This document shows, piece after piece, positions 8,083-17,409 of a stretch of 62,606 nt of DNA. A program made the translations under genes and the position numbers. The notes beneath the pieces were generated by a model. The model saw nothing but the letters and a program-made list of their open reading frames with translations. It was not told the DNA's origin and did no database searches. Origin of the DNA: Acidobacteriota bacterium (GTDB lineage Bacteria > Acidobacteriota > Vicinamibacteria > Fen-336). Numbering within the stretch: position 1 is the first letter of the stretch; each line of letters opens with the position of its first letter. The stretch covers positions 1 to 62,606 of the forward strand of contig QHVJ01000149.1 of NCBI GenBank assembly GCA_003222275.1. The letters run 5' to 3'.

Positions 8083-9855
8083 TCAGTGCGCGATCGGCTT
8101 GACTCCCACGCCGGCAGCGCTCGCCCCCGTTCCCGGGTTGAAGCTGCCGAGTATCGCCCCCGACTGGATATCGAACTTGTAGATGTTGGAAGTGCTCGCG
8201 TTGGACGCCCAGAAGGTGCCGTCTCCCACGAGGTCCAGACCGCCCCAGTAGTTGTTCTCCCCGGGCGCGAAGTAGGTCTGGATCTGGTTCCCGGAGGAAT
8301 CCAGCCGCACGACCACTGACGTGTCGGCCACGAGGACGCCGCCGTCAGGCAGCGCCCGCAGGTGATAGGCCTCGTAGCCGGGCAACGGCTGGGTGTTGAA
8401 GAACGGAAGCTGCGTGTTCGTGCACACGTTGTACCGGTAGACGTCCTTGGTGCGCGAAGAGTAGAACATCGTGCAGCCGTCGGGACCGAGATCGATGTGG
8501 TCTGTCCCCTTCGATCCGACCGCGACGTCGAAGCTCGCCAGGAGGTTCCCGGCCGGGTCGAACTTCAGGATGTCTCCCGTGCCCTCCGACTGGCCGACGT
8601 AGACGTTGCCCTGGGCGTCGAAGGTCACCGATCCGGGATTGGTGTTGTAGCCGCTTCCGAAGGAGCCCAGCAGGTTGCCGCTGGGATCGAACCGCGCGAC
8701 CGTGTTGCCGGGGGGCGGGATCGTCCCGTACCAGTTGGGCGCATACAGGTACCCGGCGCTATCGAACGCCAGGCTGCTGATTTGCCCGTTGCCGTAAGGC
8801 GCCAGGTTCTGCCGGAACGACCCGTCCGCGTTGTGCCACTGGATGGTGCCGCCGAGCAGCGCCACGAACACGTCCCCCGGGTTGATCGCCGCGGTGGAAA
8901 CCGTGACCGTCACCGAGGCGGAGGTGCCGCTGTTGTTGGCCGCATCGCGAGCAATGGCGCGCAGCGTATGCGTGCCCGCGGTGGCGGTGGTGGTGTCCCA
9001 GCTGACCGAGTACGGAGCCGCGGTGTCTTCGGCACCGAGAGACGCGCCATCGAGCTGGAACCTCACTCCCGCGACACCCACGTTGTCCGTGGCGTTGGCG
9101 CTGACCGTGATCGTGCCCGTGACCGTCGCCCCCGCCGCCGGGGCGGTGATGCTGACGGTCGGAGGCGTAGTGTCGTTCGAGACGGTTACGGCGACGGAGG
9201 CGGACGTGCTGGTGTTGCCCGCGGCATCGCGCGCGACCGCGCTCAGGGTATGGCTGCCTTCGGCGGCGGTCGTGGTGTTCCACGTGACCGCGTACGGAGC
9301 GGCGGTGTCTTCTGCGCCGAGGGCGCCGCCATCCAGCCGGAACTGGACGCCGGCAACGCCGACGTCGTCCGAGGCACCGGCCGTGACCGTGACGGTGCTC
9401 GTGACCGTCGAGCCGGCGGTCGGGAAGGTGATCGCCACGTTCGGCGGCAGGTGGTCGTTGAAGACCGTGAACGTGACCGGCTCTGAGGGCCACCAGATGC
9501 CCAGCACGTCTTCCGCGACCGCCCTCAAGGTATGGGACCCGTTGCTGGCGGGAAACGTGTTCCACGCGACCGAATATGGAGCCGTCGCATCGGCCGATCC
9601 GAGGTTGTTGCCGTCGAGCTGGAACTGGACGCGCTGGACCGTCAGGAGACCGATGATGGTGACGTTCGCGCTGACCGCGATCGTGCCCCCGACGGTGGAC
9701 CCGGATGTCGGAGACGTCATGGTCACGACGAGGCTGCCCGCGCCGGGTAGCTGCGCCAGGGCCGGAGTCGGTGAGGCCCACGTCCAGGCAAAAATCCCCG
9801 CCAGCGCCGTCACCCACGCAATTGTCGCGCGGAAGCTTCCAGATCTCCGGGTCAT
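8083..9855 (-). CDS. Paralogous secreted protein with 3 Ig-like repeats and the same C-terminal propeller
   Basis: GGAGG RBS before ATG 9855; signal peptide ending AWTWASPTPALAQ; propeller nearly identical to that of 4115..7816. Confidence 0.9.
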   Translation of the reverse strand: MTRRSGSFRATIAWVTALAGIFAWTWASPTPALAQLPGAGSLVVTMTSPTSGSTVGGTIAVSANVTIIGLLTVQRVQFQLDGNNLGSADATAPYSVAWNTFPASNGSHTLRAVAEDVLGIWWPSEPVTFTVFNDHLPPNVAITFPTAGSTVTSTVTVTAGASDDVGVAGVQFRLDGGALGAEDTAAPYAVTWNTTTAAEGSHTLSAVARDAAGNTSTSASVAVTVSNDTTPPTVSITAPAAGATVTGTITVSANATDNVGVAGVRFQLDGASLGAEDTAAPYSVSWDTTTATAGTHTLRAIARDAANNSGTSASVTVTVSTAAINPGDVFVALLGGTIQWHNADGSFRQNLAPYGNGQISSLAFDSAGYLYAPNWYGTIPPPGNTVARFDPSGNLLGSFGSGYNTNPGSVTFDAQGNVYVGQSEGTGDILKFDPAGNLLASFDVAVGSKGTDHIDLGPDGCTMFYSSRTKDVYRYNVCTNTQLPFFNTQPLPGYEAYHLRALPDGGVLVADTSVVVRLDSSGNQIQTYFAPGENNYWGGLDLVGDGTFWASNASTSNIYKFDIQSGAILGSFNPGTGASAAGVGVKPIAH

Positions 9856-10028
9856 TTGCGCCTCCCCTTCGGCTACGCCGAACGGATGAACATTTAAAGA
9901 GGCCGATTCGACAATGAAAATATTGCGCATCGAGACAATTCTCCGCACCCTTTCAAGATACGAATGGGCGCGGCGAGGACAATCGGGAATACGCGGAAAC
10001 AGGCCTCGGGGTCGGTCTGAATCGACTC

Positions 10029-12110
10029 TCAGGGAGTTCCTGATGCCTCCGGCAGGGTCTCGAACGCGTCCACCCATACCCAGGTGCCGAGAGACAGCGG
10101 ATGGCGGCGCCCGGTGACCTCGACCGTCAGCGTGTGCTCCCCGGGCGGGAGGCCACTGAGCGTGTAGATGACCGCCTGCGCCTGGTCCACGGCGGCATAG
10201 GTGTCGATCTCGGCGCGCAAGGTCCCGTCGAGGTAGACCGCGGCGATGCCGGACCAGTTATTGGGGTGGCCGATCCAGCTCACCGCTCTCCCGGAGAAGC
10301 GGAAGCTGACCCGCGCGCCGGGCTCGAAGGTCAGCGCCGCGGTGTTCCCGCTGTTGGAGGCGTCCAGGTTCGGGTACCACGTACCGCTGTAGCTCGCGGC
10401 CGGGTCGTCCTGCTCCGTCCGCACGACCGCGTCGAAGGCATCCAGCCAGACCCAGGAGCCTCCGGAAAGCAGGTTGCGCGTGCCGGTGACCTCGATGTCC
10501 AGCGTGTGACTCCCCGCCCCGAGGTCGCTGGCCGAGAACAGGACCGACTGGGGCTGGGTCGACGAGGCGTAAGTGTCCACGGTCGACCTGAGCTGCCCAT
10601 CCACGGACACGCGCGCGATGCCCGACCAGGGGTCGCGGAGGCCGATCCAGCGCACCCCGTTGCCGGAGAAGGAGAACGTGCCGCGCGCGCCGGCATCCAT
10701 GCCCAGAACGGCGCTACCCCCGCTCTCGACGAACGCCTGGTTCCCATACCAGGGTCCGGAATAGCTCATCACGAACCCGTCGTCCTGCTCGTACCGTTCG
10801 CTCAGCGCCGAGGGAGACCCGGGATAGGACGCCGAGGTCGCGGCGACATCCATCAGGTATGCATCCGAGTAGTAGCTCGCATAGCCGAGCAGCGACTGAA
10901 GGCCATAGTTGCTGCTGAAGACGAGCCGGCGTCCGTCGTGGCTCACCGCGGCCCGTGGCATGTAGCTGTAGTCGTTGAACGGGCGGCTGCGGTGGTGGGC
11001 CAGCCGGCGCACCTCGGAGCCGTCCAGACGCACCTGCAGCACCTCGTCGGCGTAGGGCCGCCATTGGCCCGGGAGCGGGGCGGGATCGCCGGGGGCATAC
11101 GTACTTACGAAGAACCACCCGTTGCCGTCGGGTACCGAGATGTGCACGGCCAGACCCCAGTCCAACGAGAGCACGCACGTTCGCTGGGCGTCGGCCAGCC
11201 TGACCTTGACCACCGAGTTCTGGCACCCGGGAGGCGGCTGCGGATCGGCGGCGTTCACCCAGAGCAGCACCGGTTGGCCGTCGATGTCGCGCCCGACGTC
11301 CATGTGGCCCGTCGCGGGAGTGAGCTGGCGGAGGAAATTCATGTTGTGGTCGTATAGCTCCACCCCGTTGTAGCGGCCGGTCCCGGTCTGCAACCAGCCC
11401 ACCAGCACGTTGTCGTCGGGCGCGATCATGACCTGGTCGAAGGCGCGCCCGCCGATGTCGAGCAGTGGCCCCTTCGTGTCCGTGCTCAGCTCGTACACGA
11501 AGACGTCGCGGTCGTCCCCTACGAGGACGAAGTGGTCTCCATCGAAGCAGATGTCGGACTCGCCGCGGCCGCTGATCCGGGAGTACTCGGCGAACGTGTG
11601 CACGACCGAGCTGACACCGCTGGCGGCGTCGTAGCTCTTGAGGCTGTTTCCATAGACGGGGATGTAGTAGAGCAGGTTCGGATCACGCCGCGACCAGCGC
11701 GGCTCACTGGAGGCGGTGGCGTCCATGGGAAGGTCCTTCTGGTAGCGGCCCTCGCCGTCGTAGACGGCGAAGTAGCTGTGATGCACGAGGAGCAACCGCG
11801 AATCGTCCACGTTGAAGGGCGACATGGTCGAGTATTCGGTGGCGATGAAGGGGACGCTCCCGACGTTGCGGGAGTTCGGCTGGTTGAGCGCGTCGGATAT
11901 GCGGCGGATGGACGTCCCGAACACCGGATCCAGGTAGCTCTGGCCCGCCGCCGGCGGGACGAGGGTGAAGTAGTTCACCGGGATGCGGGCCTCCCGATCG
12001 TTCAAATAGGCGAAGGCGCCGTGCGGCGCGAGCAGCCACAGGGCAAACGGCACGAAGAGCCGCCTCCGATCACGCACGACGCGAAATGCCCGGGCGAGCA
12101 GCCGCGTCAC
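10029..12110 (-). CDS. Secreted beta-propeller protein with two C-terminal galactose-binding-like (CBM-like) domains
   Basis: Signal-like N-terminus; AVSHDGRRLVFSSNY TolB-like blade end; two EQDD...YSG.WY...SG..A...G....F.FSG..V.WIG repeats. GTG start overlaps the upstream TGA. Confidence 0.65.
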   Translation of the reverse strand: MTRLLARAFRVVRDRRRLFVPFALWLLAPHGAFAYLNDREARIPVNYFTLVPPAAGQSYLDPVFGTSIRRISDALNQPNSRNVGSVPFIATEYSTMSPFNVDDSRLLLVHHSYFAVYDGEGRYQKDLPMDATASSEPRWSRRDPNLLYYIPVYGNSLKSYDAASGVSSVVHTFAEYSRISGRGESDICFDGDHFVLVGDDRDVFVYELSTDTKGPLLDIGGRAFDQVMIAPDDNVLVGWLQTGTGRYNGVELYDHNMNFLRQLTPATGHMDVGRDIDGQPVLLWVNAADPQPPPGCQNSVVKVRLADAQRTCVLSLDWGLAVHISVPDGNGWFFVSTYAPGDPAPLPGQWRPYADEVLQVRLDGSEVRRLAHHRSRPFNDYSYMPRAAVSHDGRRLVFSSNYGLQSLLGYASYYSDAYLMDVAATSASYPGSPSALSERYEQDDGFVMSYSGPWYGNQAFVESGGSAVLGMDAGARGTFSFSGNGVRWIGLRDPWSGIARVSVDGQLRSTVDTYASSTQPQSVLFSASDLGAGSHTLDIEVTGTRNLLSGGSWVWLDAFDAVVRTEQDDPAASYSGTWYPNLDASNSGNTAALTFEPGARVSFRFSGRAVSWIGHPNNWSGIAAVYLDGTLRAEIDTYAAVDQAQAVIYTLSGLPPGEHTLTVEVTGRRHPLSLGTWVWVDAFETLPEASGTP

Positions 12111-13426
12111 GACTGCCTCTGGCTCTGTGGCAGCTCAGCGAGAAACAGGTCGCTGCGCCCGGAGCCGTTCATGTCCGACGTGAACAGGACGTAGCGACCA
12201 TCCGGAGACAACTTCGGGAAGCTCCAGTAGTTGTACGTTCCCGCCGTGTTGTAGGGGTGCCCGAGCAATCGACGCTGTCCGTTGGCGGTGATCAAGATCA
12301 TTCCTCCGGGAGCGAGCCAAGCGGATCCGGCCGGCATCAGGCTTCCGTAATGGCTGAAGAGGGCCCATTGGTCATCGGGACTGGCCGGGTTCTGGATCCA
12401 GTTCCCGTTGCCGTAGGTGAGGCTGCCGTTTGCGGGCCCGCCGATATTCACGCCGGAGTCGGGCACGTTCGGGGTGAACATCGTGAACTCGCCGGGCCAC
12501 GTCAGTCCCCAGTTCACGCCCATCCAGCGGTCCTTCAAGCTCGCGACATGCGCAAACTGCGGCGCGCGCGCGGGATCGCCGCCCGTGCTCCAGAGGACTG
12601 AGTTCGTGAGCCAGTCCCATACGATCAGCCCGTTCGGCGGCTTGTTCATGCTGACTCCCACGTATCGGCCGGCCCGGTCCACACGCGGTTCGTTCAGGTC
12701 GGCGTTGGTATACGTCTTCTTCGTGCCCGTGCTCGGCTCATAGCCAACGATCGTGTCCCCGTTGGCTCCGCGCAGCCAGACGAAGAACCCGTCCCTCTCG
12801 CTCTGGTGCAGCCAGGTCGGGCTGGAGTCGGTCACGGGCCATCCATTGCCGGGCGCTTCGTTCATCGATCGGATGTCGAAACGACGGATGGTCGTCCCGC
12901 CCGCCACGTACGCGTAGTAGGGGGTGGCCGGGTTGTTGGAGAAGGTGAACGACAGGCCGGTCCAGGGAGCGAGGATCCCCGTGAGCCGCCGCGGGTTGCT
13001 GACGCCGGTCCCGGGCGTGAAGTCCACGATCCACCATGGACCGCCCGACGCGCCGTTCTGCTGCATCAATATCGCGCGCGTGTTTCCGACGTACGGGAGA
13101 GACACTTCGTCGCCCCCTTCGGAATAATCGTGGCCCCAATCCGAGCCGGGAGCGGGATATGTCGCCGAGGTGATCTTGTAGATCCTGACGCTCGTCGTCG
13201 GATCGAGGTAGGTCTTGCCCGCGGCCAGGGATGGAATGTTGAGGGCGCCATAGGCCGCCGTCAGCGGCACCTGCAATGCTGTCGCCGCCGGCAAGAGCGT
13301 GGGATCCGGCAGCCCCGCCGCAGGGATCGGAGTCTCGGCCGGCACGTGGTCGCCGCAACCTGCGGCGGCGGGCACGAGCATCAGAAGCCCCACGGCCCAC
13401 CTCGAGGCGCATCGGGTCTGCTTCAT
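12107..13426 (-). CDS. Putative lipoprotein beta-propeller, unknown function
   Basis: Lipobox-like LLMLVPAAAGC; C-terminal FPKLSPDGRYVLFTSD blade; ATGA overlap at 13423-13426. Confidence 0.6.
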   Translation of the reverse strand: MKQTRCASRWAVGLLMLVPAAAGCGDHVPAETPIPAAGLPDPTLLPAATALQVPLTAAYGALNIPSLAAGKTYLDPTTSVRIYKITSATYPAPGSDWGHDYSEGGDEVSLPYVGNTRAILMQQNGASGGPWWIVDFTPGTGVSNPRRLTGILAPWTGLSFTFSNNPATPYYAYVAGGTTIRRFDIRSMNEAPGNGWPVTDSSPTWLHQSERDGFFVWLRGANGDTIVGYEPSTGTKKTYTNADLNEPRVDRAGRYVGVSMNKPPNGLIVWDWLTNSVLWSTGGDPARAPQFAHVASLKDRWMGVNWGLTWPGEFTMFTPNVPDSGVNIGGPANGSLTYGNGNWIQNPASPDDQWALFSHYGSLMPAGSAWLAPGGMILITANGQRRLLGHPYNTAGTYNYWSFPKLSPDGRYVLFTSDMNGSGRSDLFLAELPQSQRQS

Positions 13427-14088
13427 CGTTCGACCAGGTAGGTCCAGACGAGCTTCACCGACTCGAAGAGAAACGTCTTCGCGTAGCGCCGGCTGCGCCA
13501 CCAGCCGCGCGGCTCGAATTCACCGTCGTCCACGCCGTAGACGAAGATCCTGACGGGCCGCGGGGCATCCTTGAAGACCTGCCGCCAGATGTGCCGCGCC
13601 CGGCGCGTGTGGAAATTCGAAGTCACCACGATCACGCTGCGCCAGCCGTGCTCTTCCAGGCACGGGCGCAGGGCCCGCGCCTCCTCCAGCGTGGAGTCGG
13701 CGTTGTGCGGGCACAGGACCGCCCGGTCCGCCTGCTCCTTCCCGTACTCGCGCTCGAGATAGCGGCGCATGAGGTCGGGAACCCACTGGCCCCAGAACCT
13801 CACCTGGGCCGCACTGATGGCGAGGTTGCCGGCCCGCCCCTCCCGGAACAGCCTCAGCGCCTCCTCGCGGCGCGCCTGCGCAGCCCGATCGGATCCGGAC
13901 AGGACGACGAGCACGTCCGCGTTCGGCGGGAGCGGGTCGGGGGCCACCAGCAGGTCCCCTCCCCAACCGAGAATGCCGAGGAGACCCAGCAAGAGGAGCA
14001 GGAGGGTCGCGCTCGCGACGCGGCGGCAATGGCAGCCGCGCGCGGCGGCCGCGGCCGGCGTCAGCCGCCGCCATGTCAGGGTGGCCAC
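13423..14088 (-). CDS. YdcF/DUF218 (ElyC/SanA-like) family protein
   Basis: N-terminal TM; ADVLVVLSG, ADSTLEEA and VIVVTSNFHTRRA motifs. It is the C-terminal part of track ORF 13423..15204; GTG start inferred. Confidence 0.85.
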   Translation of the reverse strand: MATLTWRRLTPAAAAARGCHCRRVASATLLLLLLGLLGILGWGGDLLVAPDPLPPNADVLVVLSGSDRAAQARREEALRLFREGRAGNLAISAAQVRFWGQWVPDLMRRYLEREYGKEQADRAVLCPHNADSTLEEARALRPCLEEHGWRSVIVVTSNFHTRRARHIWRQVFKDAPRPVRIFVYGVDDGEFEPRGWWRSRRYAKTFLFESVKLVWTYLVER

Positions 14089-15665
14089 GAGGCCTCTCCC
14101 GGCGGCCGGCCCAGGAAATAAACGACGAAGCGACCGCAGGTGGGATCGTCGTCGTCGGGCCCGATGATCCTCTCGGTTCGGAACCGCTGCGCGACACCGG
14201 AGCCGAGGTCCGCGTCGGCCGCCTGGCGAACGAAGAGCGCGTCCACGGGGGCGCGGGCGATCCGCGCCAGAACGTTCTCGGACCCCGCCTCCGGCCGATA
14301 CGATCGCACCACGACCTCCGGGACGTAGTAATGGATGGCCGGCACGCAGGACCCGGGAACCAGGATCGACCGGAGGCGATCGCGCTGCCCGCTGACGAAG
14401 CTGACCGTGTCGCTTGCGCTGGGCGCGGTCGACGCGTCCCGCGCCGGCAATGCCCGAACCGCGCTCGCGAGCAGCAGCAGGAATCCTGCCGTCATCGCGG
14501 CCGGCGTCCACCGGCTCGGTCCCCGCCGCCGCCACCAATCGGCAAGGATCACCGCGCCCACCACGTAGAGGGCGGGCGGCGCCGAGGACATGTACCGTTC
14601 GGTGTCGCTCTTGAGCGCGATCAGGAGGATGAGGCCGGCGTAGAGGACGAAGGGTGCCAGCTCCGGGCGCGACCGGAATCTCGTCAGGGCATAGACACCG
14701 GCCGCCAGGCAGGCGAAGAGGATCGCGTACTCCAGCGGTGAGCCGCCGAGGCGGCTGGACCAGATGTCTCCGAGGCTCGCCTTTCCGAACGAATCCTTCC
14801 GCATCACGGCGAGGAAGGGCATCGCCAGGTACGCCTTGAGCATGGAAAGCTTGAACAACCCGGCGGGCCACAAGAGGGCGCAGATGCCCAGGAACAGGCC
14901 GATCAGCTTCGCCGCCAGCCCGCGCGTAGCCAGCTCCGGGTTCACGGCGAGAAGCCGTCGGCGCAGCCGCCAGCCGCAGAAGGCCAGGACGACGAAGAGA
15001 AGCACGCCGTATTCGAGGATGGAGAGCGAGACGGTGGCGCCCCCGACGGCGGCGAGGAGATATCGGGTTCGGCCGGTGATCAGGAACCGGGCGATGACGA
15101 ACAGCGTCAGGATCGCCACCCACGCGTACATCTGGTGCGTGCTCACGCCCAGCGCCGTCCGGATGTTGCCCACGCTGAACAGATAGGCCGACGAAGCGAT
15201 CCATGCCGCGGTACGGCCCTCCGGGCCGAGCAGCCAGATCAGGCCCACGAATATCGTGACGAAGGCGAGGAGATGGAAGACGAGGCCGGCCGCCCGGACG
15301 TGCGCCTCTTCGGTCGTCAGCCGGCTGACCAGCGCCAGCCAGTGGAAGTACAGGGGTCCGTGGTAGTGCCTGTAGAACGAGACGTCGTTGCGCAGGCGCA
15401 CGGACTCGGAGAGGTCCGTCCGATCGATCTGGTTCGAGAGGGCCCGGAGGCCGGTCCTCACGTAGGCGGGAAAAGACAGCGACGAGGTCTCGAGGTAGTT
15501 CTCGCGCAGTCCCATGCGGGCCGCCACCATGTAATCGGCCTCGTCGTACTGGAAGCGCATGCGCGGGGCGGCATCCACGAACAAGAAGAGGCAGACGGCG
15601 GCCCCGCCCAGGAGGAAGAGCAGGTCACCGATGCGTAGCGCGAGCGTCCGGCCGTTGTCCGGCAT
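14076..15665 (-). CDS. GT-C superfamily (PMT/ArnT-like) membrane glycosyltransferase
   Basis: Polytopic protein; YDEADY acidic motif after TM1; HGPLYF loop; soluble C-terminal tail. Confidence 0.7.
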   Translation of the reverse strand: MPDNGRTLALRIGDLLFLLGGAAVCLFLFVDAAPRMRFQYDEADYMVAARMGLRENYLETSSLSFPAYVRTGLRALSNQIDRTDLSESVRLRNDVSFYRHYHGPLYFHWLALVSRLTTEEAHVRAAGLVFHLLAFVTIFVGLIWLLGPEGRTAAWIASSAYLFSVGNIRTALGVSTHQMYAWVAILTLFVIARFLITGRTRYLLAAVGGATVSLSILEYGVLLFVVLAFCGWRLRRRLLAVNPELATRGLAAKLIGLFLGICALLWPAGLFKLSMLKAYLAMPFLAVMRKDSFGKASLGDIWSSRLGGSPLEYAILFACLAAGVYALTRFRSRPELAPFVLYAGLILLIALKSDTERYMSSAPPALYVVGAVILADWWRRRGPSRWTPAAMTAGFLLLLASAVRALPARDASTAPSASDTVSFVSGQRDRLRSILVPGSCVPAIHYYVPEVVVRSYRPEAGSENVLARIARAPVDALFVRQAADADLGSGVAQRFRTERIIGPDDDDPTCGRFVVYFLGRPPGEASWPP

Positions 15666-16663
15666 CAGGGTCGGAATTGAGACGGAACGAAGAGCCTATG
15701 GACGAGCGGCACGTCGACGATCAGCAGGAAGACCATCAGGGCGGCGCACGCCGTTACCCCGGCCATGAGAACGGGCTCCCGGTACAGGCCTTCCGGCCTC
15801 TGAGCGGCGCTGTTCTCCTTGAACCCCAGCGAGAGGTAGGTTGCCATGACGAGCGCGACCAGCGGGAAGGAGAGGATCAGCTCCAGGCGGTAGCGCATGA
15901 TGAACGCGCCCAGGAACAGCATCGCGTGCGCGGCGTAGAAGGTGATCGAGATCAGGAGCCGCTGCTCGTTGTAGTAGGCGAACGACTTCCGATAGGCCGC
16001 GCTGCGCGCCCCATCCCCGATCTCCCGGTACTCCGCGAAGCGCTTGATGGCCATGAAATAGCAGCCCACCATCCAGTAGCCGAGCAGGAGCGAGGACGGG
16101 GGAACCACGCTCGTTCCCGTGAGATACCAGCCCGCCAGCATCCGGAGCGGGTTGTTGACCGCCTCGGAGAGGACGTCGAGGTACGGCACGTCCTTCGTCC
16201 GCACGGGCGGGATGTTGTACAGGCAGCCCATGACCCACAGGGCGAGCAGGGTGCCCGCGAAAGGCAGCGAGACCTTCACGCCCATCGCGACTCCCGCGAG
16301 CATGAGAGCCATCCACTGGACATACGCCAGCGGTATCGAGACCGCCCCGCAGGCCACCGGCCGGCGGCACTTCACCGGGTGGTGGCGGTCGAAGGGGCCG
16401 TCGAGCACCTCGTTGATCACGTAGTTGCTCGAGGTGACGAGGCAGATCGCCAAGAAGCCGATGACGAGCGGCAACGGGTCGAGGGCCGACCGTGCCGCCC
16501 TGTCGACCGACAACGCCACCACGATTCCCGGCAGGACGAAGACGTTCTTGATCCAGTGGTCCACGCGCAGGATGCGCAGATGACCCGCGAGCGTCGGATG
16601 GCGCAGCTCGGCGGGCGCCAAGGGCGCGCGCTCGTAGAGGTGTACGTTCGCTTTCGTGCTCAT
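15665..16663 (-). CDS. UbiA-family polyprenyl-phosphate phosphoribosyltransferase (DPPR synthase-like)
   Basis: RVDHWIKNVFV, SSNYVINEVLDGPFDRHHPVKCRRPVACG and AIKRFAEY motifs typical of the Rv3806c-like subfamily. Confidence 0.85.
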   Translation of the reverse strand: MSTKANVHLYERAPLAPAELRHPTLAGHLRILRVDHWIKNVFVLPGIVVALSVDRAARSALDPLPLVIGFLAICLVTSSNYVINEVLDGPFDRHHPVKCRRPVACGAVSIPLAYVQWMALMLAGVAMGVKVSLPFAGTLLALWVMGCLYNIPPVRTKDVPYLDVLSEAVNNPLRMLAGWYLTGTSVVPPSSLLLGYWMVGCYFMAIKRFAEYREIGDGARSAAYRKSFAYYNEQRLLISITFYAAHAMLFLGAFIMRYRLELILSFPLVALVMATYLSLGFKENSAAQRPEGLYREPVLMAGVTACAALMVFLLIVDVPLVHRLFVPSQFRP

Positions 16664-16686
16664 GACGGCAGCTCCATTTTTCGGGA

Positions 16687-17385
16687 TCAGCCGATGAATT
16701 CGACCAACCGACCCAAAGAGGGAACCGAGACGCAGCCGGGCCGGATCCGCGGTCGATGGCGCGGGCCGATGATGGCGCAGGCCACTCCCGCGCGACGGGC
16801 GGCCTCCGCGTCCACCTCGGGCCGGTCTCCGACGTAGAGCGCCTCTTCGTTCGAGACTCCGAGTCGGCGCAGCGCAACCTCGAGAACGCGCGGATGGGGC
16901 TTGAACCGCTGTACCTCCGCATCCTGGGCGGTCACGACGACTTCGAAGAACCCCGCGAGGCCCATGGCGTGGAGCTTCTCGGCCGCGGGATAGTCGGAGC
17001 AGGCGCCCAGGCGCAATGCGCGGCGGGTGGCCGCCGCGATCAGCTCGGGAAGACCTTCACGCACCGACGGGCGAAGCAGGCCGAGCGGCTCCTCTTCCAT
17101 CCAGCGGCGCACGCAGGACCTGAGCTCCGCGGGCGGGGCGCCGGTCCATTTGCAGGCGAGGCCGACCTGCTGCTCCGCGAGATCGCCGCCGTCCGCCGGC
17201 CCGCCGCGCAGCCGCTCCTGGGCCTGGCGATAGGCCTGCAGCCATCGGAGCGTCCGGAGCCCGGCGAGCGGCCGGTCGACGTGCGCCCGCAGCAGACGGG
17301 CGAACATCGCCCGGCGGACGGGGTCCTGCCGGTACAGCGTTCCGTCGACGTCGAAGACGATGGCTTTCAGGCGGGCGGGATTCAT
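16687..17385 (-). CDS. HAD-family hydrolase (phosphatase)
   Basis: FDVDGTLY, CSDYP, FKPHP and YVGDRPEVD motifs I-IV. Confidence 0.9.
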   Translation of the reverse strand: MNPARLKAIVFDVDGTLYRQDPVRRAMFARLLRAHVDRPLAGLRTLRWLQAYRQAQERLRGGPADGGDLAEQQVGLACKWTGAPPAELRSCVRRWMEEEPLGLLRPSVREGLPELIAAATRRALRLGACSDYPAAEKLHAMGLAGFFEVVVTAQDAEVQRFKPHPRVLEVALRRLGVSNEEALYVGDRPEVDAEAARRAGVACAIIGPRHRPRIRPGCVSVPSLGRLVEFIG

Positions 17386-17409
17386 GGCCTTCGAGAAACC
17401 GGTCGGATG

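Noticed and set aside
13423-15204. 593-aa ORF as a single gene; likewise extended ORFs 30608..33427, 35659..37374 and 41366..43306
   Set aside because: Only the C-terminal parts carry family motifs; the N-terminal extensions overlap real upstream genes, and stop/start overlaps mark the true starts.
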